Below are positions 34,256 through 39,151 of a stretch of DNA of 39,151 nt, piece after piece (positions within the stretch are counted from its first letter, which is position 1; the number at the start of each line of letters is the position of its first letter). Made by a program: the position numbers and the translations under genes. The DNA is from Octopus sinensis (taxonomy: Eukaryota), in NCBI RefSeq assembly GCF_006345805.1, contig NW_021835724.1:1-39151 (forward strand). Reading direction: 5' to 3'. The notes beneath the pieces were generated by a model. It saw only the letters and a list, made by a program, of their open reading frames with translations, was not told the origin of the DNA and ran no database searches.

Positions 34256-34500
34256 CTATTTTACTTGTTTCAGTCATTTGACTGTGGCCATGCTGGAGCA
34301 CCGCCTTTAGTCGAGCAATTCGACCCCAGGACTTATTCTTTGGAAGCCTGTTTCTTATTCTATCGGTCTCTTTTGCCGAACCGCTAAGGTACCTTAGATC
34401 ACACCTATCTGAGCAGAGCTAGGTTAAACACACCACCATCGGTTGTCAAGCGATGTTGGGGGGACAAACACAGACACACAAACATATACACACACATACA
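34255..34500 (-). mobile_element. SINE family A 3' half with a foreign 35-bp insert
   Basis: Matches the family A tail. 34395-34429 replaces the usual tgacggggacg segment. Confidence 0.85.
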
Positions 34501-34843
34501 TATATATATATATTGTCTATGTGCATTTATAAGACAGACCAAATATGAATGTGTGTGTATGTGTGTGTGTGCGCGCGCGCAAAGCAGTGCTGGTCTTAAG
34601 AAAAGTTAAGTGTCCATAGCACAGCTACTTAACCAGACATGACTTTTACATGATATCACCAATCACATTGTTATTATTTGTTTCTCAGTTTCGACTCGCT
34701 GATTGCATTTCTTCTTTACCTGGCTATGAAATGGCGGGAATATTACTATATCTATAAGCCATATGTATAAGAAAGATCGTGCCTTCTTTGAAAAAAGAAC
34801 TGCACGGTACTAAGGGAATGGAATCCTTTTGCTGTAGCTACTT

Positions 34844-35210
34844 TGTTTGTTTGTTTGTTTGTTGAGCGAAGCGGTCTTCGTCCCTGTGGGAGAAGTCCAA
34901 AACGTGGTCCTTTGCTATTCGTAAGACCCACAGAAGGGAAAGCAGGTCAATCCCCAACACCGAGAGCATCGACAGATGGATGAATGCGCATCCAGGCTCA
35001 GCGGTTGTGTAGGAAGTCGGGGACAAGAAACAGGAAGAAAGAGTGAGAGAAAGTTGGAGTGAAAGAGTACAACAGGGGTCGCCACCCCCACCCCCTGTCG
35101 GAGCCTCGTGGAGCTTTAGGTGTTTTCGCTCAATAAACACACACAACGCCCAGTCTGGGAATCGAAACCGCGAGTCCGCTGCCCTAACCACTAGGCCATT
35201 GCGCCTCCAC
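34844..35210 (-). mobile_element. tRNA-derived SINE family C with a different 3' tail and a 14-bp TSD
   Basis: Head and centre match 10365-10560 and the tail ends (CAAA)n. TSD tgctgtagct(a/g)ctt at 34830-34843 and 35211-35224. Confidence 0.9.
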
Positions 35211-35963
35211 TGCTGTAGCTGCTTCGGCCCTAGATCACACCTATCTGAGCAGAGCTAGGTTAAACGTCATTCAGTTGTAACTATCCTGTCTTCTTTAGAG
35301 GCAGAAAGGTGTGTTTAGAGGAAGATTTCGTTACTATTTCAAATTGTTTGATTTTGCTTCATTTAGTGTAGCTTTTTAAACTGAAATATTTATCAGTCAT
35401 ACACACTAACACAATTGATACTGTCTTTGCTTGACCTTCTGTAATCAGTGGAAACCATTAATAGTTATAGTTTTACTGATCAGGTCTACGAACATAAGAG
35501 GACCCCTCTGTTCGCTTTGCTTCATTTAGTGCGGCAGTTTTAGCTGAAGTATTTATCATACGCACTAATATGATAAACAGAGTTTATGTACGGCTTGACC
35601 TTTATTAATATGTGATAGCCATTAATGGAGATCATTTCTATGAACATAAGAGGAGAGAAGAAAATTATAGCTGTGATATTGACACCATTAGCAATAAATA
35701 TGAAGTCAAAAACCTACTAGAGAAAAATGAAACTTTACCGTCAGCATTACAGCATCTGATATAATTTAAGTTCGTGTTGGTATACTGATGTCTTTTCTGG
35801 TAGACATTAAAATATGGAGACGTTGTGATGAAGATACAGAGAACTAGAGAGCGTTTACCAGGTAGGAAGACTAACATCAGCTTTGCAAAATCAAAAAAGG
35901 ATTTTCTAAATGTCATCAATAAATAAAGGTAAAACAGATTATACTGCAATGTTAAAACGACTA

Positions 35964-36029
35964 GGTGGTTCAGTGGTAGAATGCTCACCTGCCACGCGGG
36001 CGGCCCCCGTTCGTTTCTCGGCCGATGCA
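35964..36029 (+). pseudogene. tRNA-Gly(GCC) pseudogene
   Basis: GGTGGTTCAGTGGTAGAATGCTCACCTGCCACGCGGGCGGCCCCCGTTCGTTTCTCGGCCGATGCA closely follows metazoan tRNA-Gly-GCC. The first 5 nt of the acceptor stem are absent and the T-arm is mutated. Confidence 0.85.
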
Positions 36030-36046
36030 CAAGGATTTTTTTTCTA

Positions 36047-36278
36047 TGGCGGTGAGCTGGCAGAAACGTTAGCACGCCGGACGAAATGCATAGCCGCATT
36101 TCGTCTGTCGTTACGTTCTGAGTTCAAATTCCGCCGAGGTCGACTTTGCCTTTCATCCTTTCGGGGTCGATAAATTAAGTACCAGTTACGCACTGGAGTA
36201 GATATAATCGACTTAATCCGTTTGTCTGTCCTTGTTTGTTCCCTCTATGTTTAGCCCTTTGTGGGTAGTAAAGAAATA
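36047..36278 (+). mobile_element. SINE family B, full length
   Basis: ggcggtgagctggcagaaacgttagc..gagttcaaattcc (B-box)..gggtagtaaagaaata. Confidence 0.9.
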
Positions 36279-36279
36279 A

Positions 36280-36572
36280 ATACTGCAAATATATGGGAAA
36301 CTACCACCTGTGTCATCTCTTGTGAAAGGTAGGAGAGTCCAGTTTGCTGGACATTGTTGTAGAGCTGAAAAAGAAGTAATTTCTACTCTTCTCCTCTGGA
36401 AGCCATCTACTCGCAATACCAGAGAGCGCACACTCTCCTACCCTGATGTAATCTCCAGGGATACAAGCATCCAGCAACAGGACCTCCGTAATGCCATGAT
36501 GGACCGTGAAGTCTGGCGTAGCATGGTAAATTCCATTGTCTCGACCACGGTCGAACAATGATGATGATGATG
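36280..36572 (+). mobile_element. RTE-clade LINE 3' end
   Basis: RRVQFAGHCCRAEKEVISTLLLWKP..SYPDVISRDT..AMMDREVWR..* followed directly by a (TGA)n tail. Confidence 0.85.
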
Positions 36573-36784
36573 TTGTTTAGTCTCAGGTTAACTCTGATCA
36601 AGCAGACTTATAATAATAGCACGTTAGTATTTGGTTATTGTTGTCGCTATCGTTGTTCTTCTTTGATCCAGTATCAGACAAAGACATTAAAACAGTGACA
36701 ATCTCATTGTTTTCTCTATACAGTAATTATATAAACCAATGTGCTCTTCATTCATTAAGACGCGATGGTATTACTAAAGGGAAG

Positions 36785-37110
36785 ACGGCGAGCTGGCAGA
36801 AACGTTAGCACGCCGGGCGAAATGCGTAGCCGTATTTCGCCTGCCGTTACGTTCTGAGTTCAAATTCTGTCAAGGTCGACTTTGCCTTTCATCCTTTCGG
36901 GGTCGATTTAAATAAGTACCAGTTACGCACTGGGGTCGATAATATCGACTTAATCCGCTTGTCTGTCCTTGTTTGTCCCCTTTGTGTTTAGCCCCTTGTG
37001 GGTAGTAAAGAAATGGGTATTTCGTCTGCCGTTACGTTCTGAGTTCAAATTCCGCGAAGGTCGACTTTGCCTTTCATCCTTTCGGGGTCGATTAAATAAG
37101 TACCAGTTAT
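36785..37110 (+). mobile_element. SINE family B, full copy followed by a partial second copy
   Basis: The tail aaagaaatgg runs directly into gtatttcgtctgccgttacg at about 37017. Confidence 0.9.
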
Positions 37111-37436
37111 TACTATTAGATCAAGTAAAGACGTGCTGCTTCCTTTTTCATTTGTTCTTAGTCGAAGGACAGGTACGATCCTTAGGATCCCTTGTTTCAC
37201 CTTTAAGTTAAAGGGCCATATTTATTAAACAGTTTCTGTTACATCCATGTGTATGAATGTATATGTGTGTGTTAACATGCGTACGTTCGCGCACGCAAAT
37301 GCATATAAGTATATATATATATATTTATACTTATTTATCTTCATATGTCTATGAATATATACCTACATACATTTAATACATGCATACACACTCAGACTCA
37401 TACACTACATACATATATAGTGTGTGCGTATATATA

Positions 37437-37501
<65 letters not shown>

Positions 37502-37538
37502 GAGAGATAGATAGAGAGATAGATAGAGAGATAGATAG

Positions 37539-37583
<45 letters not shown>

Positions 37584-38019
37584 GATAAGTGTGTGTTTAT
37601 AAATATATGTATATATTTATATTTATGCGTATGTACACCCACACACACACACATCCATGCATATTTTGGAAAGAGGGGCATGTCTTGCCAACTGTCATTC
37701 GCTCGCGTTGATTTTTGCTGATTATTATTTTCTTCAGGATAATAATATTCTTCTAACACTCCTTATGTTATATTATTTTGACTTCCTCCGAACTTCCGTC
37801 GATACTACAGGAATACTAAAACTCGTGCAAATCCGGTAGTCTTTCGTACAGTTTCTCTCACCTGGGACAAGAGGCAAAACATCTACCCATGGTACAGAAC
37901 AGTGAAATCTAATTAGTCTGCCATGGCGGTGCCGGTATAAAAGATTCTGAGAACGACTAATCAAACAATCCTAGTTAATTGGCTAACGCGTTGGCTAGAA
38001 ATAATCCTGTCTTATTTTA

Positions 38020-39151
38020 GGACAAGGCCCGCAGTTTCAGTGGAACGAGATTAGTTTATTTTATCGACCCCCACCCCCAAATGAGATGCCAAGTTAATCT
38101 CGGCAGAATTTGAACCCAGAACGTAAAGCTGAAAGAAATATCTATTTCTTTACTACCCACAAGGGGCTAAACATAGAGAGGACAAACAAGGACAGACAAA
38201 CGGATTAAGGACAAACGGATTAAGTCGATTATATCGACCCCAGTGCATAACTGGTACTTAATTTATCGACCGCAAAAGGATGAAAGGCAAAGTCGACCTC
38301 GGCGGAATTTGAACTCAGAACGTAACGGCAGACGAAATACAGCTACGCATTTCGCCCGGCGTGCTAACGTTTCTGCCAGCTCGCCGCCTTAGAAATATCG
38401 CTGAAAGAAATATCGCTAAGCATTTTGTCCGATGCGGTAACGATTCTGCTAGCTCATTGCCCTTAGTTGACTGGTTATAATTCTTTCTACGATCATTCTT
38501 TCTACGATACAAGGCCTGAAATTTTGCGCGTAGGGGTTAGTCGATTACATCGACCCCGGTGCTCAACTAGTACTTATTTTATCGAACCCAAAATGCTGAA
38601 AGGTAAAGTCGACCTCGGCGGAATTTGAACTCAGAACGAAAAAGTGGAACGAAATGCCGCCAAGCAATTTGTTCGACGCGCTTACAACTCTGCCATTTCA
38701 CCGAGTAGTAATAATAGTTTCAGTTTTAAAGCTGCTAGCTGGCAGAATTGTTAACATGCCGGGCAAAATATTTATCGGCATTTCATCAGCCATTATGTTC
38801 TGAGTTCAAATTCGCCGAGGTACTTAATTTATCGATCTAGAAAGGATGAAATGCAAAGTCGATCTCGGCGGAATCCGAACTCGAACATTATGCCAGAAGA
38901 AATGCTGCTAAGCATTTTCTGCGATATGATGACGATTCTGCCGGCTCACCGCCCTTGTTGAGAAGTAACAATAGTATCAAATTTTAGCAAAAAGGGAGAA
39001 AATTTCGGGGGAGAGGATAAGTCGATTAGACCAGCTCAGTGATCAACTGGTACTTATTTTATCCTTTTCTACTCTAGGCACAAGGCCCGAAATGTTTGGG
39101 GAGGGGGCCAGTCGATTAGATCGACACTGTACGCAACTGGTACTATTTTAT
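38020..39151 (-). mobile_element. Dense cluster of nested and tandem SINE family B copies of different ages, mostly minus strand
   Basis: At least six occurrences of the atcga.ccc..aaa...aaagtcga.ctcggcggaat core. One short plus-strand piece lies at about 38740-38820. Confidence 0.85.

Overview
AT-rich, microsatellite-dense eukaryotic window that is almost entirely repeat-derived. The SINE families and the (TA)n/(AAT)n/(ATAC)n/(AGAT)n content suggest an Octopus genome, but that is pattern recognition, not a database result. No intact host CDS can be supported. Nearly all ORFs in the supplied track are microsatellite read-throughs or decayed transposon fragments. Recognisable elements: several R4/Dong-clade LINE fragments (RT with YMDD, CCHC knuckle, restriction-like endonuclease) associated with (AAT)n; two decayed L1/Tx1-like LINEs in tandem; an RTE 3' end; a Penelope-like element (PLE) GIY-YIG 3' fragment; Tc1/mariner relics; hAT and pogo-like MITEs; three tRNA-derived SINE families; and a tRNA-Gly pseudogene. 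The most notable signal, read by eye, is a set of type I hammerhead ribozyme folds (CUGANGA / stem II / GAAA / short or palindromic stem III / NUH) in at least five unrelated contexts. One is canonical and lies downstream of the PLE endonuclease (7139-7188). One lies in the tail of a tRNA-headed SINE-like element (1447-1492). One lies in the centre of a 346-bp TIR-bounded foldback element (26027-26071). One is a stand-alone motif (26693-26757). The last is an inverted twin pair (31967-32054 and 32214-32301). Half-motifs also occur in palindromes. Together they suggest a PLE-driven set of non-autonomous ribozyme-carrying elements. All folds are manual and unverified by computation or experiment.
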